Below, in pieces: positions 9,632 through 18,581 of a stretch of DNA of 64,000 bases. A program made the translations under genes and the position numbers. Positions within the stretch are counted from its first letter, which is position 1. Each line of letters starts with the position of its first letter. The notes under the pieces are model-generated. The model was not told the origin of the DNA. It saw nothing but the letters and a program-made list of their open reading frames with translations, and made no database searches. Source of the stretch: a virus; IMG/VR virus record IMGVR_UViG_3300003873_000003, positions 1-64,000 of that record. One strand, 5' to 3'.

Positions 9632-10451
9632 TTACATGTCCCACTCATCATCATCTTCATCTTCTTCGTCCCAGTCATCATCATCTTCATCATCACCATC
9701 TTCATCTTCTTCATCTTCTTCTTCGTCCCAGTCATCATCATCGTCATCTTCATCTTCATCTTCGTCCCAATCTTCATCATCTTCATCATCTTCATCGTCA
9801 TCAGCTTCTTCTTCGTCTTCTTCTTCGTCCCACTCTTCTTCCTCTTCTTCCTCTTCTTCAGGTTCGTCCCACTCTTCTTCTTCGTCTTCGGGTTCGGAAG
9901 CAGGTACATCAGGTGCGCCAGAATCATCGCTGACAAGAGTTACACAGTGTTGAGGTAAAGGTGTGACATCTTGAGTATTGCTTCCCACAGTCAAGCGCAA
10001 TGCGCCGCTCGGCAATAGTTCAACACTATCAGCACGCACGGATAGAAGTTGCATTTCAAGGTTGCACACCAATAAGGTCACAGAGCTTCCGTTGGACTCT
10101 TTACCAAGTAAGGACAAGATGTTCGAGCGTTGGAAAGTGTGAACATCAAACAATTTACTGCGGGGGCGTTTAACACGCAATGCGATAAAGTTCGCTGTTG
10201 ATTCAACAATAGTACCAACCAAAGATTCACAGCCTGCGCCAGTCACAGTCACAGTAGTGGCACCCAACATGCCTTCACTTGTTGATTGTTTCACAGGTGC
10301 TTTTTTCACTGGTGCTTTTTTAGCCGCTGTTTTCTTCACAGGTGCTTTTTTCACTGGTGCTTTTTTAGCCGCTGTTTTCTTCACAGGTGCTTTTTTCACT
10401 GGTGCTTTTTTAGCCGCTGTTTTTTTCCCGACGTTTTGTAGCTGTTGCCAT
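9632..10451 (-). CDS. Bipolar protein: histone-H1-like KKAPV repeats, globular core, hyper-acidic D/E/W tail (apparent +1 frameshift near start)
   Basis: AGGAG RBS and ATG at 10451 give MATATKRR; the KKTAAKKAPVKK frame is +1 across a G3A7 run (10420-10429); the C-terminal ~85 aa are almost only D/E with periodic W. Confidence 0.7.
10290..10424. repeat. 45-bp tandem repeat x3 encoding KKTAAKKAPVKKAPV
   Basis: ttcacaggtgcttttttcactggtgcttttttagccgctgtttt repeated three times. Confidence 0.9.
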
Positions 10452-10580
10452 GATATACTCCTAAGATATGAAGCTCGCTTGTGGTTGCGAGTCTTCTTTT
10501 GTTCTGTCACACATTTACAGTTTATAAAACTTAAAACGCTCATCATTTTAAGTTCATCAAATTAACATCAAATGAAAGCT

Positions 10581-10799
10581 TTAATAGTATTTCGCAAGCT
10601 CGCTTTGTACCTTGCGCACAGTATGCACAGTAAGGTGGGGTGAGTTCAACATCACATATAGGTCACGCATGTGGTTTTGGTCACTTGTTGCACTCAAAGT
10701 ATGTTGAAACTTTTGGATGCGCTTGCGTAACAGTCGCACCTGCGCCTTAGCGATGCGGGGCGTGCCTCGCACATTCTTACTATCATATCGTGTAGTCAT
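10581..10799 (-). CDS. Small basic hypothetical protein
   Basis: AAGGAG RBS before MTTRYDS. Confidence 0.6.
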   Translation of the reverse strand: MTTRYDSKNVRGTPRIAKAQVRLLRKRIQKFQHTLSATSDQNHMRDLYVMLNSPHLTVHTVRKVQSELAKYY

Positions 10800-10916
10800 A
10801 ATAACTCTCCTTCGGGTCGTTCTTCTATTTGTTGGTCTCTTACCAACTCTAAACAAGCTTTATCCAAACATGTTTAGAGTTGGTAAGGCGAAGCTAGTAC
10901 CTTCGCCTTACGGGAC

Positions 10917-11648
10917 TTAGTTCAGTGCGTGCGTTCCGTCCGATACACCATTACCGAGTCGGGCTTTCCTGCCATGCTCGATGCCTTGATTTAGCGCATC
11001 TGAGTCCCGAACTGGGACTGTATGATTTCTCACCTTGAGATTCTTCCTTATGTACCGCTCTACTGAATCAGAGATAGGCACTAAGGAACGAGACTCGGCT
11101 GCTCGGGCTGCTTTCACAGATTTTACCTGTTCTTTTATTCCGCTACTGTAACCCATCATATAAGACACAGAGAAGGATACACCACCCGTGGGCGACTCTC
11201 GTCTTGCCTTGCGCATCATTTCTTCCGCCTCTTTAAGCATGAACTCAATGAGGCATTTAGCCGACTTAATAGCCAGTGGGGTACCTATGAGCATAATGAG
11301 TGAACCCTTGCTTCCACGCCGATTCGGGATTCTTCCTGCTTCTACATCGAACAAGGACGCTACCGCTGCGGAAAAAGCACCATGCCATCCCATAGACTTG
11401 CCCTCGCTCTTAAAAATCATAGGCTCTTGAGTTATACCTTCGTTGGGGTCATCTGGGGTGTGTACCTCTGCCGCAACTTCTTCGATTGCTATATTGTACC
11501 GCTTGGCAATCTTCTTCAATGCGGCAGACGCATGATTCCTTTCGGCTTCGGCGGAGCTAGGGTCGATGCTCCGAACGAGGAGTTTAGACATCCTCTCTAA
11601 AACCGCAGCTCGGAAGGCTGGATTCCTTATATCTTTCTCTTTGCTCAT
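10917..11648 (-). CDS. DUF2786-domain (SprT-associated type) protein
   Basis: ERMSKLL...AEAERNHASAALKKIAKRYNI; W..AVASLF; SYMMGY; QGIEHGRKARL. Confidence 0.7.
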   Translation of the reverse strand: MSKEKDIRNPAFRAAVLERMSKLLVRSIDPSSAEAERNHASAALKKIAKRYNIAIEEVAAEVHTPDDPNEGITQEPMIFKSEGKSMGWHGAFSAAVASLFDVEAGRIPNRRGSKGSLIMLIGTPLAIKSAKCLIEFMLKEAEEMMRKARRESPTGGVSFSVSYMMGYSSGIKEQVKSVKAARAAESRSLVPISDSVERYIRKNLKVRNHTVPVRDSDALNQGIEHGRKARLGNGVSDGTHALN

Positions 11649-11667
11649 GTGGTGCATCCTTTCCTCT

Positions 11668-11740
11668 AAGATTTCGCTTGCGTCATTCACTTGCGATGGA
11701 TGAAGTATATCAGGTTGATATTAAACTGTAAAGGTGCCGA
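11668..11740 (-). promoter_or_regulatory. Sigma70-type promoter with conserved leader, copy 2
   Basis: TTTACA(11732-11727)-17 bp-TATACT(11709-11704) with TGn extension; same leader as copy 1. Confidence 0.85.
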
Positions 11741-11799
11741 ATTAGCATTTAACACTTCAATAAAAACTTGTATCGTAAAGCAAAGCTCTTTTCATCTCT

Positions 11800-11878
11800 A
11801 AGCTTGTGCGTTGCGTTCTTCACTTGCGATGGATGAAGTATAGCAGGTCGAGATTGAACTGTAAAGGCTCCAAATTCT
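11800..11878 (-). promoter_or_regulatory. Sigma70-type promoter with conserved leader, copy 3
   Basis: TTTACA(11865-11860)-17 bp-TATACT(11842-11837); leader TCATCCATCGCAAGTGAAGAACGCAAC. Confidence 0.85.
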
Positions 11879-12024
11879 ACCTAAAAAGTTCATCCATCAT
11901 TAAACTATTAAGTAAACGCACGCCTACGTGCGCAAATACATTAAAATGAGCTAACTGTAAAGGCTCCAAATTCTACAGAGCTGCACTATACACAAGCCAG
12001 TTGAAAGCGTAAAGTCCCCTAAAA

Positions 12025-12567
12025 TCAAGTCTTAGGGTGTTGAGGTAGGACGGGTGCGGTGGTTGCGGTGTGTTCTTGAATCATGGCACTAATGTCTTGG
12101 GAAGTCGGGAACATAGCTACGGTTTCCGAAGGTTGGTTCTCGTTGTTCCTACGCTGCACCACACGAAGGTTCTCCCCACTAAGTACCTCACTGATACTTA
12201 TTTCCGCAGCTTCTAGTTTGTAGCTGCCTTGAATTGAGGTATCCACAGGCATACCCCGAAAGACCTTGTTTAAGTTCTGTGGAGTATAGCCTTGTATAAG
12301 CAGAACACGCATCTTGCACTTTGTTCCCCCAAGCTCCTCCTCTCTACTCACGTTAATGACACCTTCTTTGGAGTTGAAGACTGTGTAATAGCAGGGTCGT
12401 TTACCTGCCGTTAGCCAGTAGTTGTTTCCGTCACCGAGATTCAGCGTGGAACTGTTTACAGAGCGTGCCTCTGTTTCTCTGGGTAGTCTCCACTTCGACA
12501 TAGAGCCAACAAGTTGCACTGCCTCTTTATATGTGTATTCACCTTGTAACACGATAGACTTAATCAT
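12025..12567 (-). CDS. Divergent DUF1566/Lcl-like protein
   Basis: YTYKEAV...KWRLPRETE...YW...VLLIQG. Confidence 0.5.
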   Translation of the reverse strand: MIKSIVLQGEYTYKEAVQLVGSMSKWRLPRETEARSVNSSTLNLGDGNNYWLTAGKRPCYYTVFNSKEGVINVSREEELGGTKCKMRVLLIQGYTPQNLNKVFRGMPVDTSIQGSYKLEAAEISISEVLSGENLRVVQRRNNENQPSETVAMFPTSQDISAMIQEHTATTAPVLPQHPKT

Positions 12568-12678
12568 AGTATAAACCCCTAGTCCTTAGACGTTACAGCA
12601 CCAACGCAAAAAGCGACCTCGTTAGAAGCCGCTTCCCTTTGGTACTTCCTGCAATGTATTTACACTTTACGCTTCAAC

Positions 12679-12891
12679 CTAACGCCAAGCAAAATGGCTG
12701 GACTTACCGCTGACACACTTTACATCATAGCCGAAGCCGTTGAAATGTATCGTGACAATGCCACCCACACCCCCACAAAAGGAGGCAGCCACTTGGTTTG
12801 CTCGTTCCTCTTCTACGTCAGACCACCGCTCGCACCCTGAAAGCAAAGCAATAGACAAGCAAGCCAACAACACTCGAACAAAGCATCTCAC
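12679..12891 (-). CDS. Putative small lipoprotein
   Basis: Hydrophobic N-terminus with lipobox LLSG-C. Confidence 0.6.
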   Translation of the reverse strand: MRCFVRVLLACLSIALLSGCERWSDVEEERANQVAASFCGGVGGIVTIHFNGFGYDVKCVSGKSSHFAWR

Positions 12892-13346
12892 AATTCCACC
12901 TCCACCATTCGGGGTTTAGTATTGGAGATGCGGGACATAGCCTCACGGCTGCCTTCGCCTTCCCTGTAAATCCGAGCAACGGCAGTCTCATTCGGGTCAA
13001 TTTTCACATACTTACGCACGATACCTGCACGCAGCAGCTTATTCATATCGGGTACGCTTAAAGGCGTTGAACCCTTTACCAAGAACACATGATGTGTATG
13101 CTTCTCGTATAACTCGTAGCGGGGTTTCGTTAGACCTACACTCATATCCAAGACTAAATCAGAGATAGTCCCATCATCTTCTTGCACCCAATAGGTGCGT
13201 GAATCACACTCGCTCAAGATGTCGTCATCCAAGCAAGCAAGCTCTACCTTGAAGGGGAGTCGCCACCCTTCATGTGCTTCCTGTTCGTCTAGGGCTTCCT
13301 CCTGAAAGCGAGTTGACCATAGAATCATTGCTTCTGCTTTACTCAT
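12888..13346 (-). CDS. Divergent DUF1566/Lcl-like protein
   Basis: FQEEAL...GWRLPFKVEL...YW...VFLVKG; AAGGAG RBS before MSKAEA. Confidence 0.5.
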   Translation of the reverse strand: MSKAEAMILWSTRFQEEALDEQEAHEGWRLPFKVELACLDDDILSECDSRTYWVQEDDGTISDLVLDMSVGLTKPRYELYEKHTHHVFLVKGSTPLSVPDMNKLLRAGIVRKYVKIDPNETAVARIYREGEGSREAMSRISNTKPRMVEVEL

Positions 13347-13406
13347 ACCAGTCTCCTTTGTAATTGGGGGCTTGCATGGGTTGTTTATGCCATGCAAGCC
13401 TTTCTA

Positions 13407-14042
13407 TTATTTACGGACTAAATCATCAATCGCTTCGGCGATGTCAACAATTTTGTTGCGGCGTTCGCCATAGGTCTTGGTTGCCTCATTATCCATGACA
13501 TGAGCATCAAGCACCGCCATGACACCACCAACCAAGTTGGGACGTACAAGCTGTGAGCCGTACATAACAGCTCTGCTTGGGGTTGAAGCCTCACGCAGGC
13601 GAGTACGCTCATCAATCAGGTAGTCGATAGCTTCACCGAGTAGGCTATCAAGAGTCAATGCGTCCACAATGGTAGGTTCGGGACAGCAGTTCTCAATATC
13701 ACCGTTGTAGCGTTCAATCTTCATATCAGGGTTGCTATCTTTCAGCAGTTCCTTGACTTGCGTACACTCATCCGTAGTTATGTCCCGAAGTACAACGGCT
13801 GCAAACGACATCCAGTTTAAGCTGCACATCATACGCCGTACTATGCGGTGGCGTACGTAGTGTGGGGGTTCAGACTGTGCCGTAGGCATTACTCGGATAG
13901 GTGAGACTGGCATGACCTTTATGTCGGGGTTTAACTTGGCAGTAAAAGTCTTGATAGCGTCAACTTGTTCCTTGATACTAGGTTTGGAAGTCCCGATTCC
14001 GCCGACTTCTAAACCCTTGATAATATATGTAGGTTTGCCCAT
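13407..14042 (-). CDS. Hypothetical protein
   Basis: AAGGA RBS before MGKPTY; long ORF. Confidence 0.65.
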   Translation of the reverse strand: MGKPTYIIKGLEVGGIGTSKPSIKEQVDAIKTFTAKLNPDIKVMPVSPIRVMPTAQSEPPHYVRHRIVRRMMCSLNWMSFAAVVLRDITTDECTQVKELLKDSNPDMKIERYNGDIENCCPEPTIVDALTLDSLLGEAIDYLIDERTRLREASTPSRAVMYGSQLVRPNLVGGVMAVLDAHVMDNEATKTYGERRNKIVDIAEAIDDLVRK

Positions 14043-14188
14043 AAAAACATCCTTTCTTCTCTTATTATTGGCTCCATATTCAGTTACTGGGGTCAATGCA
14101 AAACAGCCTACTCGAAGTTGCTTTGCATTGACCGAAGTTAGGTGGATGCTTTCACACCCACCCGTCCAATCGTTAGGCAGTCAATCCG

Positions 14189-14507
14189 TCACACGTCATT
14201 GGAAAATAAATCAGCATCCTCAACGTCATCATAAAAATCGACCGTAGTCGCAGCACCGATAAGGTCGGCGACACCAAGGTACTCTTTCGGCGTGGCGTTA
14301 CTCGGTAGCGTTTTTTCTTCATGCTCGACAGCATCATCAAGGGTCAGCAGTGCTGCATAATATGCGAGGGTGATAGCCGCTCTCGCTACCGTTCGCCTCT
14401 AAAATACCATCCAGCATAGTAGTTAGGTCATGAATCTGTCTTGGTGTTTCAACGTACAAAACCATGCAATCTATGCGCTTGTCCTTCTTTGCGTTACCCA
14501 TACCCAT
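14189..14507 (-). pseudogene. Apparently frameshifted early gene
   Basis: AAAGGA RBS and ATG at 14507 give MGMGNAKK...LEAN; a start-less +1 frame continues VARAAITLAYYAALLTLDDAVEHEEKTLP...LFSNDV* to 14189. Confidence 0.5.
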
Positions 14508-14527
14508 ATAAAAACGTCCTTTTGTGT

Positions 14528-14604
14528 AAGATTTAGCTTGCGTCATTCACTTGCGATGGATGAAGTATAGCAGGTCGAGACTAAACTGTAAAGGCTCCAA
14601 ATTC
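14528..14604 (-). promoter_or_regulatory. Sigma70-type promoter with conserved leader, copy 4
   Basis: TTTACA(14592-14587)-17 bp-TATACT(14569-14564) with TGn extension; same leader. Confidence 0.85.
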
Positions 14605-14624
14605 TCTTTACTTCCTTACAGCGT

Positions 14625-14657
14625 AAAAAGAAAAAGCCCCTCGGTTAAAAGGGGCTT
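14625..14657 (-). terminator. Rho-independent terminator after queE
   Basis: aagcccct...aggggctt stem with adjacent A-rich run. Confidence 0.75.
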
Positions 14658-14661
14658 AAAG

Positions 14662-15696
14662 TTATGTTCCAATGTGATTGGCGTATAGTGTATGTAGGCG
14701 AGGTGTGTATCTGAAATCCTTGAATAACCCCCAAGGGGTGCCTTCATAAACAAGCTCATTAACTCGGGACTGCATCGCAAGTGCTGTATCCATAGCGAGC
14801 ATGTTAGACGCATTATGCAGGTTATCACCCTCACCCATGAATAGGATAGGAGTACCAACAACCAACTTATGTTTTAGTTCAACTTCATTAAGGCTGCTCA
14901 ACGTCTGTAGGGGAGTGCTACTGTAACGTGCATGACACCACACTGATTCAACGTAGTTAAGCAGGATGTCATCGACCCAGTTTACGTTAAATGGAGGTTC
15001 GACATAGGAAGCATCCACCACAAACTTGATTTGCGCTTTACATCCTACAATGCACGCAGCGAATTGTGTAAGGATACCAACAGATAGTGGAGGTGTGTAC
15101 TCACCGCTTGTTGGCAGCTTAGGTGAAATGCTGAACAGGAATAGAGTATCAGAATCTGTGCAGCCCTTTGAGTCACAGATTTGTTTAATGATGTTACCTA
15201 GTTGGGTTGACAACACAATAGAGCCGTTAGTCTCTATTGTAACACGGCTGGGGTTCGCTACGGCAAAGATGGCAGTCAGAATACGTCCTAAGCCGTCTTG
15301 AGATAGCATAGGCTCACCTCCAGTTATAACAATGGGGGTTGTAGGCTTACCAATTCGGGAAGAGCTATCGAGTAACTTAGAGTACATATCAGCAAGCATT
15401 GTTGATATAGTCCCTACGGTAGTCAGGTGTCGGTAACGCTTATCCCACGAGTAGGGTGTATCGCAACCTGATTTAGTTGGTGGTACGTCAGCTAACGACT
15501 TGAGTGTAGCGGGGTCGTAGTCTAGCTCTTTAGACAGACCACACCCACCAAATTCAGGGCAGGTGAAGTTACACCCCCATAGCCGTAAGAACAAGGAAGG
15601 CTCACCTGCATAGATACCCTCACCCTGTATGGAGTAAAAGGTCTCCACATACCTAACTCGTGATTCACCTAGTTCGCCTAGCACTTCTATATCCAT
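14662..15696 (-). CDS. queE: 7-carboxy-7-deazaguanine synthase (radical SAM)
   Basis: ETFYSIQGEG, LFLRLWGCNFTC...CDTPYS, VITGGEP, IETNG, SISPKL, KFVV, PRLH. Confidence 0.9.
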   Translation of the reverse strand: MDIEVLGELGESRVRYVETFYSIQGEGIYAGEPSLFLRLWGCNFTCPEFGGCGLSKELDYDPATLKSLADVPPTKSGCDTPYSWDKRYRHLTTVGTISTMLADMYSKLLDSSSRIGKPTTPIVITGGEPMLSQDGLGRILTAIFAVANPSRVTIETNGSIVLSTQLGNIIKQICDSKGCTDSDTLFLFSISPKLPTSGEYTPPLSVGILTQFAACIVGCKAQIKFVVDASYVEPPFNVNWVDDILLNYVESVWCHARYSSTPLQTLSSLNEVELKHKLVVGTPILFMGEGDNLHNASNMLAMDTALAMQSRVNELVYEGTPWGLFKDFRYTPRLHTLYANHIGT

Positions 15697-15778
15697 ATCA
15701 ACTCCTATTGTATCAAGCTTAAAACGAGAATAAGCCCACTGGGTCGTAACACAGCAGGCTTATCTCATAGTTTACATA

Positions 15779-16297
15779 TTATGCGTATTGGCGGAATAGC
15801 TTAGAAAATACAAGCTTCCAGTTCAGGGACTTGCTGTTACGTGAACTACCCTTAATGACTTCGGGCAGTGTTTGAACAACAACGTCAGCAGGTACATCGT
15901 GGCGTAGCAACTCTTTAGCACACTCCCAAACACGTTTAACGAAAGAACCGTGAACTGCATCTAAGTTTTTACAACCTAAGAACAGAACCCCACCTGATTG
16001 GTGGTCAAACAGGATGGCATCGTCAAAGGTAGTCTTAGCCATATCGCAGTCAATAAAGGTGCATCCGCAAATCTGCGCTACAGAGAAATCAACACCCACT
16101 AAGGTGCAATGCTCGAACGTAGCTCCCGCTAGGTTAGAGTGTGTGAAGTTTGAGTCGGTCAAATCCAAGTCTTTGAATCGAGTTTGACGCATACTCGAAC
16201 CTGAAAAGGATGTGTTAGGGACACCCATTTCAGTGGTGATGGTTTGATGGTTAAGGCTCAAACCTCCGTAATCGTGCATAGCTGCATTATCATTCAT
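15779..16297 (-). CDS. Pentapeptide repeat protein
   Basis: DLDLTDSNFTHSNLAGATFEHCTLVGVDFSVAQICGCTFIDCDM repeats. Confidence 0.85.
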   Translation of the reverse strand: MNDNAAMHDYGGLSLNHQTITTEMGVPNTSFSGSSMRQTRFKDLDLTDSNFTHSNLAGATFEHCTLVGVDFSVAQICGCTFIDCDMAKTTFDDAILFDHQSGGVLFLGCKNLDAVHGSFVKRVWECAKELLRHDVPADVVVQTLPEVIKGSSRNSKSLNWKLVFSKLFRQYA

Positions 16298-16316
16298 AGT
16301 CGTTCTCCTATTATCT

Positions 16317-16511
16317 TTAATATGCTTCTTGGCAAGGAACACATCGTACAGCGTTCGGCAAGATGCGCTTACGTTCAGCAGGGATTTCTACCCCACAATC
16401 GACACACTCGTCTGTGCCTACGCCTTCTGTGTTCTTTCGGCGAATCTCATCCAACTTAGCTTGTATTTGCAAGCTCATTGCGTCATTTGCTCTATCTACA
16501 TCATCAGCCAT
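16317..16511 (-). CDS. traR: TraR/DksA C4-type zinc finger protein
   Basis: MADDVDRAND; CVDCGVEIPAERKRILPNAVRCVPCQ. Confidence 0.9.
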   Translation of the reverse strand: MADDVDRANDAMSLQIQAKLDEIRRKNTEGVGTDECVDCGVEIPAERKRILPNAVRCVPCQEAY

Positions 16512-16528
16512 TGTGAAACTCCAAGTTG

Positions 16529-18457
16529 TTATTTATTCTTTTCAATCAAATCTTTAATGTAGCTCATAGACTTATCGCTGGGTATAACTGTTATACTCAA
16601 GGTGCTTGCTTTAGTTAGCTTACTGCTACCAACACCCGAACAAAACAAAGCGGTAGTCTTCTTGGTCACGCTACTTCCAATGCGTCCACCCTCTGATTTA
16701 ATCAGAGATTCTAGTTCGGGACTTCTAAAATTAGTAAAGACAAAAGATGTTCCCTCAAGTGCAGTACCTACAGTGGGAAGCTCAACTCTCTTAGCCTTTA
16801 GCTTATGCTTCTCAAGGAACGGAACAAACTCCCTAGCCCCGTTAGACAAGGCTCTTGCGGTCAAATGTCCAATGCGTTCAACGCTACGCAAGTCCTCGAC
16901 TGACACCTTAGTGAAAGGGAAATCAGGGAAAGCCCGAATTACAGGTTCAAGGGTAGTGCGTCCACAGTTAAGAAACAAGTTAGAGGCTAACATTAAATCA
17001 ATTAAATCATGCTCACGCACACGGAACTGGCGAAGGATAGAAGGCAAGTTATTGGGTCCGAACCCTTCCACCTTAGACAGAACTTCCATAAGGCGTTTAG
17101 TGGGACGTAAGATTCTATCCAAAGGTGCATTATCAAGCATAGCCTTACACGTTGAGTAGCCTACATCGGTGAACCCTAGCTTTTGTACGTAGTTGAACAA
17201 CCAACTAACACGGCGTTCGGGGCAGTTATAAAGACCAGCCATACAGACTAAGTGACGGTCAACGCTGACAAGCTCACGTCCGCATGAGCAGTGGGTAGGG
17301 AGCTTAAAGTTCTTGCAAGGTTTTGACTTGGCGATGTTTGGTATAACGTCACCGCTTTGAACAACCAGCAACGGGCTTCCTTTCCCTATCTTACGTTCTC
17401 GCAACCATTCCGAGTTATTACCAGTTGCGTGGTCGTTATCCTTACCATTGAAGTTCAAGGTAGGGTAATAGATTATGGGGATTAGCTTACCATCCTTAGA
17501 AACCTGCCACTCAACACGGTCACACTTTGTTTTCTGCGTGTCTTGGTCTGCGGCAGGGAGCTTAACTGCAATAGCTGCCAATGGTTTATAGTCAACGAAA
17601 CCTGCCTTCAAGTATGCTTTAGAATCGTTAGACATCAACACAATGCCATCATAGTTGTAGTCACTGGGGTACTTAGAAAGCATCCTTTCGAGTAACGCCT
17701 TGTTGATTTTCTTCGTGTTGGCGTACACCTTATGGCGAACTGGAGTAAACCCTAAACGCTTTAAGGTGGCAAGTTCTTCGGGATATGTTGCATCGAACCC
17801 TAGAATCTTGAACGCTCGGAAGTCTAACTTAGACGCTGGGTTTACTTCACTTAGCTTCTGATTGCGTAACGCACCATTGACAAATCCCCGATGGAACTTG
17901 TAGTCCTTGTAAGCCTTGTCCTTCTGTATTGCTGCAAAGACATCTCTGCGCACCACAGCCTCGCCACGAATGAAAGTAGGTTTTCTAAGCTTGATACGTT
18001 GGGGGATAGAGCTTAGGGCTGATACAGCTAGTGTAACATTTAATGTTGTTTCTGTGTCCCCACCAGTGTAAGCGGCTACCAGCCTACCTGCACGGTACTC
18101 AAGCAACAAGGTTAATCCATCGTACTTCCAAGAGATAGTAGTACCCCCTTTCAGTACTTGGCGAGGGATGTCATCTGTAGGGCGTGTCTTATTCAAACTG
18201 CCTATAGGTTCGGGTGTTATCGGTGTTGGTACAGATTGACCGTTAACGGTATCCTTTATAGGGGCTCGTAGCTGCGAGTACGGTGGTATCCCTTTCTTCT
18301 TTGCCATCAAGTTGTAACGCTCAACTGCCCTGTCAAACTTAGCATCAGAAACAATGGGGTTCTCACTGTCGTTGTAGTACGCATCTGCCCATGCACGTAG
18401 CACATTCAAGCGTTCTTCCATAGTCATACCTTTCTTCATCACGATAGGTTTAGTCAT
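16529..18457 (-). CDS. ligA: NAD+-dependent DNA ligase
   Basis: YYN...VSDAKFD, GSLNK, KYDG, IRGE, DGIV, GDVIP, Zn finger CSC..C..C, C-terminal BRCT. Confidence 0.93.
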   Translation of the reverse strand: MTKPIVMKKGMTMEERLNVLRAWADAYYNDSENPIVSDAKFDRAVERYNLMAKKKGIPPYSQLRAPIKDTVNGQSVPTPITPEPIGSLNKTRPTDDIPRQVLKGGTTISWKYDGLTLLLEYRAGRLVAAYTGGDTETTLNVTLAVSALSSIPQRIKLRKPTFIRGEAVVRRDVFAAIQKDKAYKDYKFHRGFVNGALRNQKLSEVNPASKLDFRAFKILGFDATYPEELATLKRLGFTPVRHKVYANTKKINKALLERMLSKYPSDYNYDGIVLMSNDSKAYLKAGFVDYKPLAAIAVKLPAADQDTQKTKCDRVEWQVSKDGKLIPIIYYPTLNFNGKDNDHATGNNSEWLRERKIGKGSPLLVVQSGDVIPNIAKSKPCKNFKLPTHCSCGRELVSVDRHLVCMAGLYNCPERRVSWLFNYVQKLGFTDVGYSTCKAMLDNAPLDRILRPTKRLMEVLSKVEGFGPNNLPSILRQFRVREHDLIDLMLASNLFLNCGRTTLEPVIRAFPDFPFTKVSVEDLRSVERIGHLTARALSNGAREFVPFLEKHKLKAKRVELPTVGTALEGTSFVFTNFRSPELESLIKSEGGRIGSSVTKKTTALFCSGVGSSKLTKASTLSITVIPSDKSMSYIKDLIEKNK

Positions 18458-18509
18458 TGAGGTCTCCCAAATAGGTTATATGTTCTTTGCTAGTTCGTAC
18501 CATTTACAC

Positions 18510-18574
18510 AAAAAGGCGTGGCTAGTTTACTCGAAAGGGAATACGCAACCCTCTCACAGCAAACTAACCACGCC
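18510..18574 (-). terminator. Long hairpin/terminator after terminase
   Basis: ggcgtggctagttt ... aaactaaccacgcc with A5 run. Confidence 0.55.
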
Positions 18575-18581
18575 AGTATGT

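Noticed and set aside
9595-9953. Poly-Ser, His/Leu-rich and Lys/Met-rich ORFs
   Set aside because: Alternative-frame and antisense shadows of the GAT/GAA acidic tract in 9632-10451.
4797-14604. Repeated ~34-nt sequence as a CRISPR or mini-array
   Set aside because: Copies are dispersed, not separated by uniform spacers, and each is embedded in a -35/-10 promoter; no cas genes were seen.
18510-18574. Possible tRNA or riboswitch between terL and ligA
   Set aside because: No cloverleaf, TTC loop or CCA; a single long hairpin better explained as a terminator.
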